Shown here: one piece after another, positions 19,445 to 29,950 of the stretch | Position numbering within the stretch: position 1 is the first letter of the stretch | Layout: every line of letters starts with the position of its first letter | Origin: a virus | Lineage: Duplodnaviria; Caudoviricetes | Virus record (IMG/VR): IMGVR_UViG_3300023714_000001 | DNA: 64,000 bases | Direction: 5' to 3' (one strand) | The notes under the pieces: generated by a model | The model's input: the letters and a program-made list of their open reading frames with translations, nothing else | Told to the model about the DNA's origin: nothing | Databases searched by the model: none | Position numbers and translations under genes: made by a program

Positions 19445-21154
19445 TTATTCGAGTCGCCCCTTAATCTGTGCATCCAACAGGTCAAGGTTGTAATACGACG
19501 TATAAAGAACCCTACCATTTTCCGGTGTGTTTGCTGAAGCCTTCATCGTGCAGGCGTGAGAAACATTATTAGTGTTGATAACGAGAAGGTCAACATCGTT
19601 AAGCTTTTGTGTATCGAAGCTCTTACCATTTCCTATATCCTTAAACTTCGGATGACGGGCGATTACTTTTGCACGCCAGCTATCTGTCCCGCCGGCCACA
19701 GCAATCTTGAGATTAATGTTGGCAAAAGTGTCTTCTTCTGCTGCTACAGGCTTCTTCTCAGTAACAACAACAGACTCCTCTTCAATATCCTGCACAGACA
19801 GTGCCTCAAGCTCTTTTGTCTTTTTGCGCAGTTCCTCGCGGAGCTCGGAGATTTTATCCGACAGGGCAATCTTTTCACTGATCGCGTCCTGATATTTACG
19901 AACATAATCTTCTTTCTGCTTGGAAAGCTCGTCAAACTTACTCCTTAGATTACTGTAATCTGTAGAGAGCTTAACCAGTTCTTTATTCTGCTTCCGGCTT
20001 GCACCGTTTACTGAGCGTTTCTGATTGGCGACGCTTTTAGATAAAACATCTTGTGACTTTAAAAGTTCTTCAATCTTATTAGAAAGAGTATTATTTTTAC
20101 GAGCCAGGTCTATTTTTTCCGCTTTTAATACGGAAAATTCATTATTTCGAATGGCAATCTCTCGTTCAAGATTTGTTACTTTGTCCGAGAGGCTCATTAT
20201 CTTACTATTGTTCTTTGTAATAACATCCTTAAGTTTATGGATCTTGTTCAAATTCCGTTCAGCCTCGTACCGATAATACCATATTGGCTTGAGCTGTGGA
20301 TGAATATGCGCAGCAACGTATTCCGCGGCTATACTATATGTAAAATCATCTTTTTCCCATTCGCTAACAAAAGGATCTGAAGGAACAGACATTACGAGCT
20401 CTTTTTTTATGAGTTCAAGGGCCTTATTAATGTCATCAGTGTTGATAATACCATCCATAATATCGGTGGCACATTTGCAGACTTCTTCGTAAAAATCATT
20501 TTCGGTTTCTAAAGAATAAATGCATTCCGTAGCAACTCTCATTTCAATTGCGCGAGTTAAAGAATCTATATGTACATGCCTTCGATTGTAAAAACTGATT
20601 ATATCGTAAACTAAAGCAAGACAAAATAAATCTTTTTCTGCAGAAATGAAATACTGATCATGATCTTGTAACAATGTGGAATATTTTTCCTCAATTTCTT
20701 CCAAGCCATTATAAGGAGGAAGCTCGCTAATATGCTCATTAACGATGTGTTCAAATTGACGCTCTTCTTTTGTCCCGTCAATATCAAACATTAATTGCCA
20801 TATCTGATAAACAAATGCTAATCGTATGCACTTTAAAACATCGGGAAGTTGACAACTGTCATTTTGATCGAGGAGCCCAATAGCAAAAAGTGTATAATAT
20901 GCACCTTGAATGCGGCAATGTAAAAAGAAGTTTGGCGTGCGCTCAAAATACTCTTTCTTAATAGTATCCTCGTTTGCGTTTAAAAGCTCGAGAAGTTCGT
21001 CTGTTTTTCCGCTTTTTTCTAGCTCTATGGCCTGTTGTAAAATTTTAAAAGAACGCCCCTTGTTAATGTCTGGTATGAGCTTATCTTTTAGTCTGTTTGA
21101 ATTGTTCTGATAAATATCTGTTAATATTGGTGCAGATCTAATGCTATATTTCAT
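19445..21154 (-). CDS. Coiled-coil protein with a C-terminal DUF2325-like domain
   Basis: Long heptad region and IAVAGG...DLLVINTNNVSH; GAGGTG RBS before ATG 21154. Confidence 0.6.
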   Translation of the reverse strand: MKYSIRSAPILTDIYQNNSNRLKDKLIPDINKGRSFKILQQAIELEKSGKTDELLELLNANEDTIKKEYFERTPNFFLHCRIQGAYYTLFAIGLLDQNDSCQLPDVLKCIRLAFVYQIWQLMFDIDGTKEERQFEHIVNEHISELPPYNGLEEIEEKYSTLLQDHDQYFISAEKDLFCLALVYDIISFYNRRHVHIDSLTRAIEMRVATECIYSLETENDFYEEVCKCATDIMDGIINTDDINKALELIKKELVMSVPSDPFVSEWEKDDFTYSIAAEYVAAHIHPQLKPIWYYRYEAERNLNKIHKLKDVITKNNSKIMSLSDKVTNLEREIAIRNNEFSVLKAEKIDLARKNNTLSNKIEELLKSQDVLSKSVANQKRSVNGASRKQNKELVKLSTDYSNLRSKFDELSKQKEDYVRKYQDAISEKIALSDKISELREELRKKTKELEALSVQDIEEESVVVTEKKPVAAEEDTFANINLKIAVAGGTDSWRAKVIARHPKFKDIGNGKSFDTQKLNDVDLLVINTNNVSHACTMKASANTPENGRVLYTSYYNLDLLDAQIKGRLE

Positions 21155-21385
21155 GTTAATCACCTCTAACCTATATTCCAACTTAAATTATACATAGGAT
21201 AAGAATAAAAAATCAAGCAAAATATTCGAAATCAAAAATAACCGCTCTAGGAAACCCGTAGAGCGGTTATAAGCATTTAGGCATATAATTATATACAAAA
21301 GGTTTTTCGTGGGTGCTGTGGGCGAATCTGAGGGACAGATTTTTTGCCCCTCATCCAAAATGTCGAAAAACGGAAGTGACCGGGG

Positions 21386-21847
21386 TTATGCTGCACTCTT
21401 CTCTGCTTGCAATGACACTTTGTCCTGGCCATAATTAATATAGCCAATCTTTGGTCCAAGCTGATCCTGCCATGCCCTTATGAATGAACGTGTCGCAACG
21501 AAGCTGGAGCCGATTCTTGCCGATGCCTGTCCAACAGTCAGCTTCTCACCCATAATAAGATCGTAGAGAATCTTCCACTTCTGCTCACGAGACTTCTGTT
21601 CTGCTGCCAGTTTAGATTCGTTGAAGTCTGCCTTTGTGTCTACGGGGCGATATATCTTCTTAACATTATCTACGACCCACCCTTTTGATTTGAATGTGCG
21701 CTGGATTTCTCCGCTTTTTAGCGGTTCGCCATCGTACGTAGCAATTTCGCCGGCACGACGTTTAAACTTCTTCGGGTTCTTTACTTCAGGATGGCGCTCA
21801 CACCAATCCATTTCAGCCTTCTTAGTCCAATAGTATGTTGTTGCCAA
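21386..21847 (-). CDS. Hypothetical protein with a possible C-terminal HTH
   Basis: GGAGG RBS, TTG start, LTVGQASARIG. Confidence 0.5.
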   Translation of the reverse strand: MATTYYWTKKAEMDWCERHPEVKNPKKFKRRAGEIATYDGEPLKSGEIQRTFKSKGWVVDNVKKIYRPVDTKADFNESKLAAEQKSREQKWKILYDLIMGEKLTVGQASARIGSSFVATRSFIRAWQDQLGPKIGYINYGQDKVSLQAEKSAA

Positions 21848-21983
21848 TATTAAATTCCTCCAATCATAAACAATTGTATGTGTATAATAAACTACTTACG
21901 AATAACAATGGGGTCTGCCCCACTTCTTAAATGTATTTTACTACTTACTTATCTAAAAATCAAGTATGTAGCAGAGTTTTCTT

Positions 21984-22019
21984 TAACTGTGTTATTGTAT
22001 CACTGTTTACCCACAGTTA
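21984..22019 (-). repeat. 36-bp site B, inverted copy of site A
   Basis: The - strand reads TAACTGTGGGTAAACAGTGATACAATAACACAGTTA. Confidence 0.85.
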
Positions 22020-22061
22020 ACCTATAAAAAAATAAAGCCGCCCATATAGGGCGACTAAAAA

Positions 22062-24839
22062 TCAGGTTCCGGGGTTAACACCCTTATTATTTGTCTTTTC
22101 TATCTGCTTACCCACAGATGTCTCTTTTGATACATTTATCGAGTTTAACAGCCTCCATACTGTTTTCGGATCTACAAACGAACCGTTATCTTTTACCTGC
22201 AAGATAAATTTGTCTGTTGTTTTTCCGCAAGCAGTCTTAGCATCCATCTCGGACGGCACATTCGATACGTCCAGACCTCCAAAGATATAGCTTCTTTTTG
22301 AAGATATACTGCTTAATGTTACCGTTTTGCCAAGTTCTCCGCCATCACTTATGCTGCAATCACATTTTTCGGGAGCGTGGATTTCTATTCCAGCCTCCGT
22401 TTTAAAGACCAACGCATTGGAAACGACCCCTACACCACTGCCTGCATTTTCGACACCAAAATCCTGAACCCAGAAAACTTTATTCAAGCCCGGGGTATCA
22501 ATCGGGAAATCGATATTATCTTCTTGATTCTTTAGCTGGGACAAACCAGTATTTGCGGCATCAATAATTTGGTATGCCTGAATGACTGCTGGGAAAAACG
22601 ACGGGTCAACATTTGCGCTGTCAAGTGCTTTTCTCCATTCCCAATTATATAACCGATCTTTCTCTGCAGTACTATTTGCTGTATTCGTGTTATCTTCGGA
22701 GGTGGCATGCATAGGCTCACTCAGAAGTTTTTCAAGCTCATTGCTCCATCCCTTCCAGGCTGTAACTGGGCCGATGGGGTTTCCGTTTTTGTTTTTGGAG
22801 CCGGATGACAGTTCTTTTAGCTTTTTGGCTCCCTCGTCGGCCTGATCTTCTATCTTCCCGCTCGACAAAACGAATATACCTTTTTGGGGGTCACCCATAC
22901 TAAGCACAGAGATTACAGCCATGGCCATAACAGGGTCGAAGCTTGCATCACTGCATGCTTTTTGCAATGTCTGCTCATAGCCATTCATCTTTAAATTTTT
23001 GATGGCTTCCTCGGCCCTCTTTTTGCCGGATTCAAAACCTTCGCTAATAGCTTCTTTTGTTTTAGGCCACCAAATCTTCTCTTCCTGCTTCTTTTTATCG
23101 CCAGTAGCATTTGAAGAACTGTTATCACCGGAACCACTACTATCTTTCGGATCATATTTCCCGGCCAGAACGTCATCCATAAACTGTTTATGCTTTCCGG
23201 CAAATGTTTTATAGTCTCCGGGAGTTAACGAGACAGTAGGTGTAAGACCGGATGAGCCTGGTCCGTTTGCCAACTGGTAAGAAGCAAGTTTCTCTGGTGA
23301 TTTATCGTCAGAATTAATATCCTGCCGCCAGTTAATCTGCGGCTTTTGCTGCTCTACCGGAGTGAGCTTCCAGCCCATCTTAACACCATCGTCCCACTGA
23401 TCTTTAAACGGACGCTCATTCTGGTCTCTCGTGCTAGTAGTCTTATAGTTAAGCTGATAATCCAGTTTTTTATCATGCATTTGTTCGATGCGCAGGAAGT
23501 TTATGTAGTCTTCCATGTTCATCATGCCGGCCTGAATATCGTCTTGGATATTTGCCAGGTTAGCACCAACCTCATTCAGGATATCGTATGTGGCTCCAAT
23601 GATAGGCTCGTAACGCGAACAGGAAAGGCATTGGTCGATCTGCATAACCTGACCGTCTTCGAGAAGGTTATCTTTTAAACACCGAATACATGTGTATTTA
23701 GAGCGGTGGTCTGTCCCTCCCCAATAGACACAGTTGACGTGCATTCTTTTTCCGATAGCGAACGTATATCTGAGCACAGTAGATAATACGTTTTCTAGCT
23801 TTACAAGGCGTTTCTCTGTAAAATCGGAAAGTGTCAATATGGCCGAAGCGAGTTCTTTTGTCTCCATATGGTCTCTTGTATATGGCAGACTATATTGTTT
23901 GACTCTGGGAGCATGGTTTTCCAACTCTTCTATTTTTAGGTCGACAGGGTATGGATCGTTATTATTTAATGGCTTACCCGCGCTTGGTACTTTGACTTCG
24001 CTAATAGAATTTTGCGGATCGAATTGTCGCTGCGCAAGTTTTTGAGCCTGATCGGTTGTGAATGCGTTACCGTCAATCCCCATTAGGTCCTGCATGGTTT
24101 GGTTTGTCATTATACCGTAATCGCCGGCTTGATCCATATTCTCCATACCATTAACAGCGGTCGTTTCTACAGCGGTATTAGGAATATTTCCTTGCACATA
24201 TACTAAATCGGGGTATACCGGTTCACTGTATGTTTTGCCTTTAGGATTAATTTCAACTCGACCACCATGATCGGTTATGTTATTATTCGCTGGCCCTAAT
24301 GCTTTGTTCGTTGCTCCGCCACCACCGCCTGGTGCTTTAGCCCCCGGCGTACCGCCTTCACGAAGACATTCGGCCTGCATCTTTTTCTTTTCTTCTTCGG
24401 TTTCTCCACACAAACCACCGAGATAGTTATCCAAGTGGATATGATACCCCGTACCTTCATGATCTACACCGGTATGCCATGCATTGAGACCGTCATTTCT
24501 TGTTTGGTATTCAAAGTCATCGGAGTAGATGACTAGCTTTTTTAAAAAATCGCCATACCAATCATCTGTATTAGACTTGTCAACGATATCAACAGCGGTT
24601 CCTTTCGCGTGTTGAGAATTTGGGTTGCCGTCACGATACAGAGAAGTGATACGCGTCGGTTTATCTAGATACCCCAGAGCCTTTATTAACGACATCGTGC
24701 CGATAATTCCCTTTATTGTCGTCTCTGTCATATTTTCATTACGAGGGGTATCTGCCGGAGATATGTAGTCCTCCCAATTATCTATTAGTGAATACGTTAA
24801 TGGTTTGCCGTCCCATTGGATAGTTACGCTTTTTCCCAA
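22062..24839 (-). CDS. Multidomain tail/baseplate lysin-like protein (N-terminal peptidase M15-like; degenerate SLT- and M23-like C-terminal regions)
   Basis: ITSLYRD...SQHAKGTAVDI...HIHL, a central Cys cluster, DPVMAMAVI, and FVDP near the end. Confidence 0.6.
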   Translation of the reverse strand: MGKSVTIQWDGKPLTYSLIDNWEDYISPADTPRNENMTETTIKGIIGTMSLIKALGYLDKPTRITSLYRDGNPNSQHAKGTAVDIVDKSNTDDWYGDFLKKLVIYSDDFEYQTRNDGLNAWHTGVDHEGTGYHIHLDNYLGGLCGETEEEKKKMQAECLREGGTPGAKAPGGGGGATNKALGPANNNITDHGGRVEINPKGKTYSEPVYPDLVYVQGNIPNTAVETTAVNGMENMDQAGDYGIMTNQTMQDLMGIDGNAFTTDQAQKLAQRQFDPQNSISEVKVPSAGKPLNNNDPYPVDLKIEELENHAPRVKQYSLPYTRDHMETKELASAILTLSDFTEKRLVKLENVLSTVLRYTFAIGKRMHVNCVYWGGTDHRSKYTCIRCLKDNLLEDGQVMQIDQCLSCSRYEPIIGATYDILNEVGANLANIQDDIQAGMMNMEDYINFLRIEQMHDKKLDYQLNYKTTSTRDQNERPFKDQWDDGVKMGWKLTPVEQQKPQINWRQDINSDDKSPEKLASYQLANGPGSSGLTPTVSLTPGDYKTFAGKHKQFMDDVLAGKYDPKDSSGSGDNSSSNATGDKKKQEEKIWWPKTKEAISEGFESGKKRAEEAIKNLKMNGYEQTLQKACSDASFDPVMAMAVISVLSMGDPQKGIFVLSSGKIEDQADEGAKKLKELSSGSKNKNGNPIGPVTAWKGWSNELEKLLSEPMHATSEDNTNTANSTAEKDRLYNWEWRKALDSANVDPSFFPAVIQAYQIIDAANTGLSQLKNQEDNIDFPIDTPGLNKVFWVQDFGVENAGSGVGVVSNALVFKTEAGIEIHAPEKCDCSISDGGELGKTVTLSSISSKRSYIFGGLDVSNVPSEMDAKTACGKTTDKFILQVKDNGSFVDPKTVWRLLNSINVSKETSVGKQIEKTNNKGVNPGT

Positions 24840-25127
24840 TCAAAACGCCTCCTCTATTTCCCGGTCAAGGAGTGTTTCTGCCTGATAAGAACGGGTTGCC
24901 TCTCTCATAGCTTCTTCATATTCGCGCTGGCTTTCCATTTTCTCCAAGTGGGAGTAATCCCATTCCGCCCGCCGCTTAGCTTCTTTCATTTCTTTATATG
25001 TCTTTCTTGATACAACCAGACCATCCGTATCATCACGATAATAGAACTGACCATACGTGATATACTCACCTGTGATATGGTCACGTTCCCAAGTAAATGG
25101 CTGATCAACCTGATAAAGTCTTAGCAT
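24840..25127 (-). CDS. Hypothetical protein
   Basis: RBS present; abuts the downstream gene. Confidence 0.6.
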   Translation of the reverse strand: MLRLYQVDQPFTWERDHITGEYITYGQFYYRDDTDGLVVSRKTYKEMKEAKRRAEWDYSHLEKMESQREYEEAMREATRSYQAETLLDREIEEAF

Positions 25128-25260
25128 GCGTTATTTTCCTTTCTCTAGCTACGAATTCAGAGGCTGCTAAAAGTCTCCAGAATTTGCTTGTGTCTTACGT
25201 ACGTTCCGGTATTACGCCGCCCGCACAGGTAGGACACAAGCAAACAAGCAGATTTTTAGG

Positions 25261-26046
25261 TTAGGATGCCTTAAAATTGTAGACGGGTTTAATAATCTCT
25301 AAAATATCCACGGTATCCTTTACATCTTCCATGATGTTATCGATACTTTTATAAGCCATAGGAGCTTCATCCAATGTGTCCTCATTCACAGATGTCGTAT
25401 AGATGCCGTTATTCTCCATGGTCTTTTTATACTCGTCCATACTGAGTTTTTCGCGGGCGGCCTTACGTGACATTATACGGCCAGCGCCATGCGGTGCAGA
25501 ATAGTTCCACTCCTCAACGCCTTTGCCTATGCCGATAATGCAACCATCCCGCATATTCATCGGGATAAGGACCTTTTCTCCCTTGCGGGCCGAAATTGCG
25601 CCTTTACGGAGTATCATCTCATCCACGCTGATATAGTTGTGGATTGTGGAGAACTGTTCCTCAACGGTATACATGCAATGCTTCACAATAATTTCGGCCA
25701 TCAGTTTGCGGCTTTCGTCAGCAAACTCCTGACAGATTACAATATCGTGCAAATAGTCATTCATATACTCGCCGTAAAGATAGGCTAGGTCGTCAGGAAT
25801 ATCGGACTTATGTTTCTGCCAGGTGAGTTCCTTTAGTGCACTCTGAATCTCCTGACGCCGTCCCTGTTCTTTGTATGTGCGAATGAGTTCGTCACGGGCC
25901 TTGATGTATTCTTCCTTCCCTTGATGCAGTTCAATGGCAAGACTCTGATAGTATTCTGCTACCTGTTTGCCTAAATTACGGCTGCCGGAATGAATAACGA
26001 GGTAATGAGAACCATCGGCGCCCCTATCTAATTCGATGAAGTGATT
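25261..26046 (-). CDS. rtcB: RNA ligase RtcB, exon 2
   Basis: NHFIEL, HSGSR, HNY, PHGAGR and DEAPMAYK motifs. Confidence 0.92.
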   Translation of the reverse strand, partial: NHFIELDRGADGSHYLVIHSGSRNLGKQVAEYYQSLAIELHQGKEEYIKARDELIRTYKEQGRRQEIQSALKELTWQKHKSDIPDDLAYLYGEYMNDYLHDIVICQEFADESRKLMAEIIVKHCMYTVEEQFSTIHNYISVDEMILRKGAISARKGEKVLIPMNMRDGCIIGIGKGVEEWNYSAPHGAGRIMSRKAAREKLSMDEYKKTMENNGIYTTSVNEDTLDEAPMAYKSIDNIMEDVKDTVDILEIIKPVYNFKAS

Positions 26047-27141
26047 CAAGATTGTTACTATGCAATTTTACTCAACTCTTTTAAAAGCTTTGTTCTCCGA
26101 TACCAAATCCTCCCAGACGGAAGATGATGAAACATCTCTCTGCATTCTTCGGGAGAATGCGTTACTAAGAATTCATCTTGTATTGGAGTCCAAACAATTT
26201 TATCGGACCTAATACGCATATCGGCCGGACGTACCCAAGTCAATGCTTTTTCTGCCTCAGCCTTTTTTCTGGGTAGACACATGCACCCGTCATAATATAG
26301 TTCGCGGATGATTGTTTGTGCATTCTCTTTGTTGACCATTATGTTATACACGCCATCTCGCTTGTTACGATTAGTATGTTTTTCTAATCCGGTCAATTCT
26401 TTTATATAGGCCTCAAAACCTCTAGCTAAAGGTTCGCTTGCTGTCACAAGGGATATGAATGGAAACCCTGCCCCAGTCATTCCTAAAGAGCCATCACCGT
26501 CTATGATTCCACGATAGTATTCTCGAGGTACAATTCCGTTAGGAGGAAAAATTATTGATGATTTTTTTCCGGCCGGAACATATTTTCTTATTTCTTCTCG
26601 TGTGTCATGGTCGTATAATCGAAACACCACGGATTCATAGCCATTTTTAAAATTTGTATCTCGGCTCCTGTACCCAATAGAAGTGTTGCAGTCGAATATC
26701 TCAGCCATTTTCCTAAGTAACGGTTCGTCCGATTTTTGTAACTCCATAGAGAACTTTCCCCTGCTTCTTGACTCGTCATGCAGCGTTCCGTCGGACTGTG
26801 CGAACCCAATAAAATAGGCGTGTTTTGGATTTTTAATATCAAGCTTCATCTAGTAATACCTCTTTGATTTTATTTTCTCAAAGCCGGTATTACCATTTTG
26901 TTGAGTTTTATTACATGGCCAAGTCATTTCTGCTTGGCTCTATACCTTCCTTGTTCGGTATAGTTCGGAGCACACTTTCTGACGTGACATAATATGCATT
27001 GCGCCAGAACAAGTCCCTCTGCTCTCTACGGGGTGTTGCTTAAAGCAGCGCACTTCCCACGGGATTCCCATCTCAGGTGTCCCCCGTTTTGGACGATTTT
27101 AACTATTACAGGCTATTAACCTGTACGGTGGCAATCAATTC
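26047..27141 (-). ncRNA. Group I intron in rtcB (1095 nt) carrying a LAGLIDADG endonuclease
   Basis: Exon ends in U and intron ends in G. P1 GGTGGT/GCCACC, P10 TGATT/AATCA, P7 GAGCA/TGCTC. Splicing restores LGGG|NHF. Confidence 0.9.
26058..26849 (-). CDS. Intron-encoded LAGLIDADG homing endonuclease
   Basis: YFIGFAQSDGTL and YYRGIIDGDGSL motifs. Confidence 0.88.
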   Translation of the reverse strand: MKLDIKNPKHAYFIGFAQSDGTLHDESRSRGKFSMELQKSDEPLLRKMAEIFDCNTSIGYRSRDTNFKNGYESVVFRLYDHDTREEIRKYVPAGKKSSIIFPPNGIVPREYYRGIIDGDGSLGMTGAGFPFISLVTASEPLARGFEAYIKELTGLEKHTNRNKRDGVYNIMVNKENAQTIIRELYYDGCMCLPRKKAEAEKALTWVRPADMRIRSDKIVWTPIQDEFLVTHSPEECREMFHHLPSGRIWYRRTKLLKELSKIA

Positions 27142-27570
27142 ACCACCGCCCAGTGTACCGAGACTTCTTTCCAGACGTTTAGTATCCCGCAGATTACGGA
27201 AGCACTTGAGCCGGGTCAGGTCAAATCGCTTCTGCCTGCCGTCCCAGACATTAAATCCGGACGGAATGTAATGACAGGCTTCGTCCAGTGTCGGGAAGTC
27301 AATGATTTTATCCTTGAGCTTGCTAGTAAGCATTCCACAGCCGATGTCTACTCCAACTAAATTAGCACAAACCTTGTCCGTAATGGTCATGGTCGTACCT
27401 ATAGTACAACCGGCACCGGCATGCACATCTGGCATGATGCGAATCTTGCTGCCACGAGAAAGTTCGTAATCACACATGCGTCTGATCTGTTCTCTCGCTT
27501 CATCTTCAATTACTGAGGCGTAAGAAATTGCCTCTCCGACCTTACCTTTGATAATCTCCAAAAATATCAC
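27142..27570 (-). CDS. rtcB: RNA ligase RtcB, exon 1 (spliced protein about 404 aa)
   Basis: IMPDVHAG, VGVDIGCG and SLGTLGGG motifs. Confidence 0.92.
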
Positions 27571-27741
27571 ATCCTTTTAATAAACTCCTGCATTACTTCT
27601 TTACGCAATGATGGCCAACCGAAAAGTATATCGCGCAAATGTTTTTGCGGGATATATTGATGGACAAACTCATTGAAATCGATATGCTTTAAGCCAGCGG
27701 GCGGCGGTATCCATAACGGATTTTCTTTATTGTATTCCGCC
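27567..27741 (-). pseudogene. C-terminal part of the gene interrupted by the tnpB element
   Basis: Reads AEYNKENPLW...EFIKRM*; its TGA overlaps the rtcB GTG start. Confidence 0.65.
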
Positions 27742-29099
27742 TTGAACTATTCCCGCTTAACGCTTCGCGTTTGAAGAGGGAGATTCCCAGTTCATAGAGC
27801 ACCGCGTTTTGACCTTAGTCAGAACGTCTTACACGCTTTCCCTGGGCGTAAATTTCCGTGGTTCCCACGGTATATGATATTTTAATCTTAACTAGCTAAT
27901 GCTACAGCCAAAATATTTTGGGCCGCATTAACATCTCTATCACAGTGATGGCCACATTCAGGACAATCCCATTCGCGAACAGACAAGTCCTTAGTTATCG
28001 GATTTTGATATCCGCAAGAATGACAAGTCTGACTGGAAGGATAGAATGTAGGTATTCTAACAACTCTAGAACCGTACAGCGGGGCTTTATACTCCAGCAT
28101 TCTGAAGAATTCGCTCCATGATACATCAGCTATAGCTTTTGCCAGCTTATGATTTTTCATCATGTTCTTTACTTTCAAATCCTCAATAGCTATCGTTTGG
28201 TTTTCACGAATTAACTTGGTTGAGAGCTTGTGAAGGAAGTCCTGACGAATATTGGTGATATGCTCATGGATGCGAGCTACGCGGACACGCTGTTTATCCC
28301 TACGGTGAGAGCGAGGCATCTTTCTGGATAACTTATGTTGTTCCCTAGCAAGTTTACGGCTCCATTTCTTAAGAGTTCTCGGATTGGCTACGGTATTGCC
28401 ATCGCTATCCGAGAAAAATTCTTTCAGACCGACATCAATGCCGAGCTGACCACCAGCATTAGGCAACACATCCGCTTCATAAGTCACACATAACGATACA
28501 AAATACTTGCCTGAAGCCGTCCTTGTAACAGTGGCGTTAGAGATTTTGCCCACCACTTCACGGGAGAATTTGGTTTTCACTCTTCCGATTTTTGGCAGCT
28601 GAATCCTATCACCAATGACATGAATATTGTTATTAACGCATTGACTCCTGTAAGACAAGCAGTGATTATGCTTAGACTTAAAATGAGGATAGCCCGCTCT
28701 CTTGGCAAAGAAATTATCGTAAGCTTTTTGGAGGTCTCGAAGAGACTGTTGAAGCGCCGTGCTATCTACTTCTTTAAGCCAGATATATTCTGGGTATTTT
28801 TTAAGGTCTTTCAGCATAGAAGCCGTATCGTTATAATGGATTGAATTGTGATTAAACTTCCATTCATCCATACGAATATGCAGAAAATGATTATAGACAA
28901 AGCGAGAACATCCCAAAGTTTTATTAATCATAATCTGTTGCTGCTTGTTTGGATAGATACGAAACTTTAAGCCTTTAGTAATTTTCAACAGTCTCACCTC
29001 CTTTTAGTTAAGATTATTATATCATGCAATTTTATAATATTCAATTATATTTTGCTATGGTGATTCATCTCCCGCTTAAGAAGCGGGAGTCTTCTCGCC
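27742..29099 (-). mobile_element. IS200/IS605-family element, tnpB only (IS1341-type)
   Basis: Left-end hairpin CTCCCGCttcttaaGCGGGAG. Right-end GAAT guide, hairpin and terminal TTCAA. No tnpA. Ends are uncertain by a few bp. Confidence 0.85.
27888..28997 (-). CDS. tnpB: RNA-guided endonuclease TnpB
   Basis: KFRIYPN HTH; RuvC GIDVG, IEDL and DRDVNAA intact; CxxC zinc ribbon. Confidence 0.95.
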   Translation of the reverse strand: MRLLKITKGLKFRIYPNKQQQIMINKTLGCSRFVYNHFLHIRMDEWKFNHNSIHYNDTASMLKDLKKYPEYIWLKEVDSTALQQSLRDLQKAYDNFFAKRAGYPHFKSKHNHCLSYRSQCVNNNIHVIGDRIQLPKIGRVKTKFSREVVGKISNATVTRTASGKYFVSLCVTYEADVLPNAGGQLGIDVGLKEFFSDSDGNTVANPRTLKKWSRKLAREQHKLSRKMPRSHRRDKQRVRVARIHEHITNIRQDFLHKLSTKLIRENQTIAIEDLKVKNMMKNHKLAKAIADVSWSEFFRMLEYKAPLYGSRVVRIPTFYPSSQTCHSCGYQNPITKDLSVREWDCPECGHHCDRDVNAAQNILAVALAS

Positions 29100-29545
29100 T
29101 GTCGATAAAAAGCATACCTGCCTTCAGCAAAAGAAAAGAAGTCAACGTACTTATCCTTATCTGCCGACTCGATAATTTTTCTGGAAGACGGATATTCTGC
29201 ACATAGTACTGGCGGGATTCCAAGCTCATCGGTAAGTATAATGCCGCCGCGTGTTGTGCCGTCTTCGCCCCTATATTCTTTAGCTCTACACACCAGATAG
29301 TCTAGTGGATTACGACCTTTGACGCCGCCCACACCAATGTATTTCTCAACATCTTCGCGCATGACATTGATGTGATCGCAAATCTGGTTCGTGCTTGCAC
29401 CTTCAGGTATATATGGACGTATATTCGTGTATGTAACATAATCGTACCCGTTTCGCGGAGTATACCGGCCAGATACGATAAATGGTTTATTAATTTTAGC
29501 TAATGCTTTGATTGTGTTCCTTAAATAATTTCTGCCATCAAGCAA
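29100..29545 (-). pseudogene. N-terminal part of a hypothetical gene disrupted by the IS
   Basis: The ORF runs into the IS left-end hairpin. Removing the IS joins it in frame to 27741..27567. Confidence 0.65.
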
Positions 29546-29584
29546 ATAACATCACCTTTTCTTGTTGTGTATATTGTTGTGTAA

Positions 29585-29950
29585 TTAATACCAAACGGAG
29601 ATTCCGTGTTTGGGAATTTCGCCTTGTTCTATCTTTTCTTGGATTTTTCTCATCGCCATCACGCCGTAAGCTGCAACAGAGAACCCCTCCGTAGGTGTTG
29701 GCCATTCCTCTTCCGTCAATGGAGACTTTCTTTCCTCTAATACAATCTCGTTCATAGCAGCTCTAGCTTTCAACAGGTCTTCTAATGTAGTTGTTTCCAT
29801 ATAATCTGTCTCAGCCAAAAAGGCGATTTTTAAATCCTTCGTCACTTTATTATATGTAATGATTCCGGCCTTTTTACTATGATCCTGTTCGGGGTAATAT
29901 TCGTACAGATACTCCAATTGTGTTTCCTTAATTAGCTTAAAGTCTACCAT
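29585..29950 (-). CDS. Hypothetical protein
   Basis: Overlaps the upstream gene in an operon. Confidence 0.55.
   Translation of the reverse strand: MVDFKLIKETQLEYLYEYYPEQDHSKKAGIITYNKVTKDLKIAFLAETDYMETTTLEDLLKARAAMNEIVLEERKSPLTEEEWPTPTEGFSVAAYGVMAMRKIQEKIEQGEIPKHGISVWY

Noticed and set aside
27742-29099. IStron (intron-IS chimera)
   Set aside because: Only about 100 nt lie between the left end and tnpB, with no ribozyme core.
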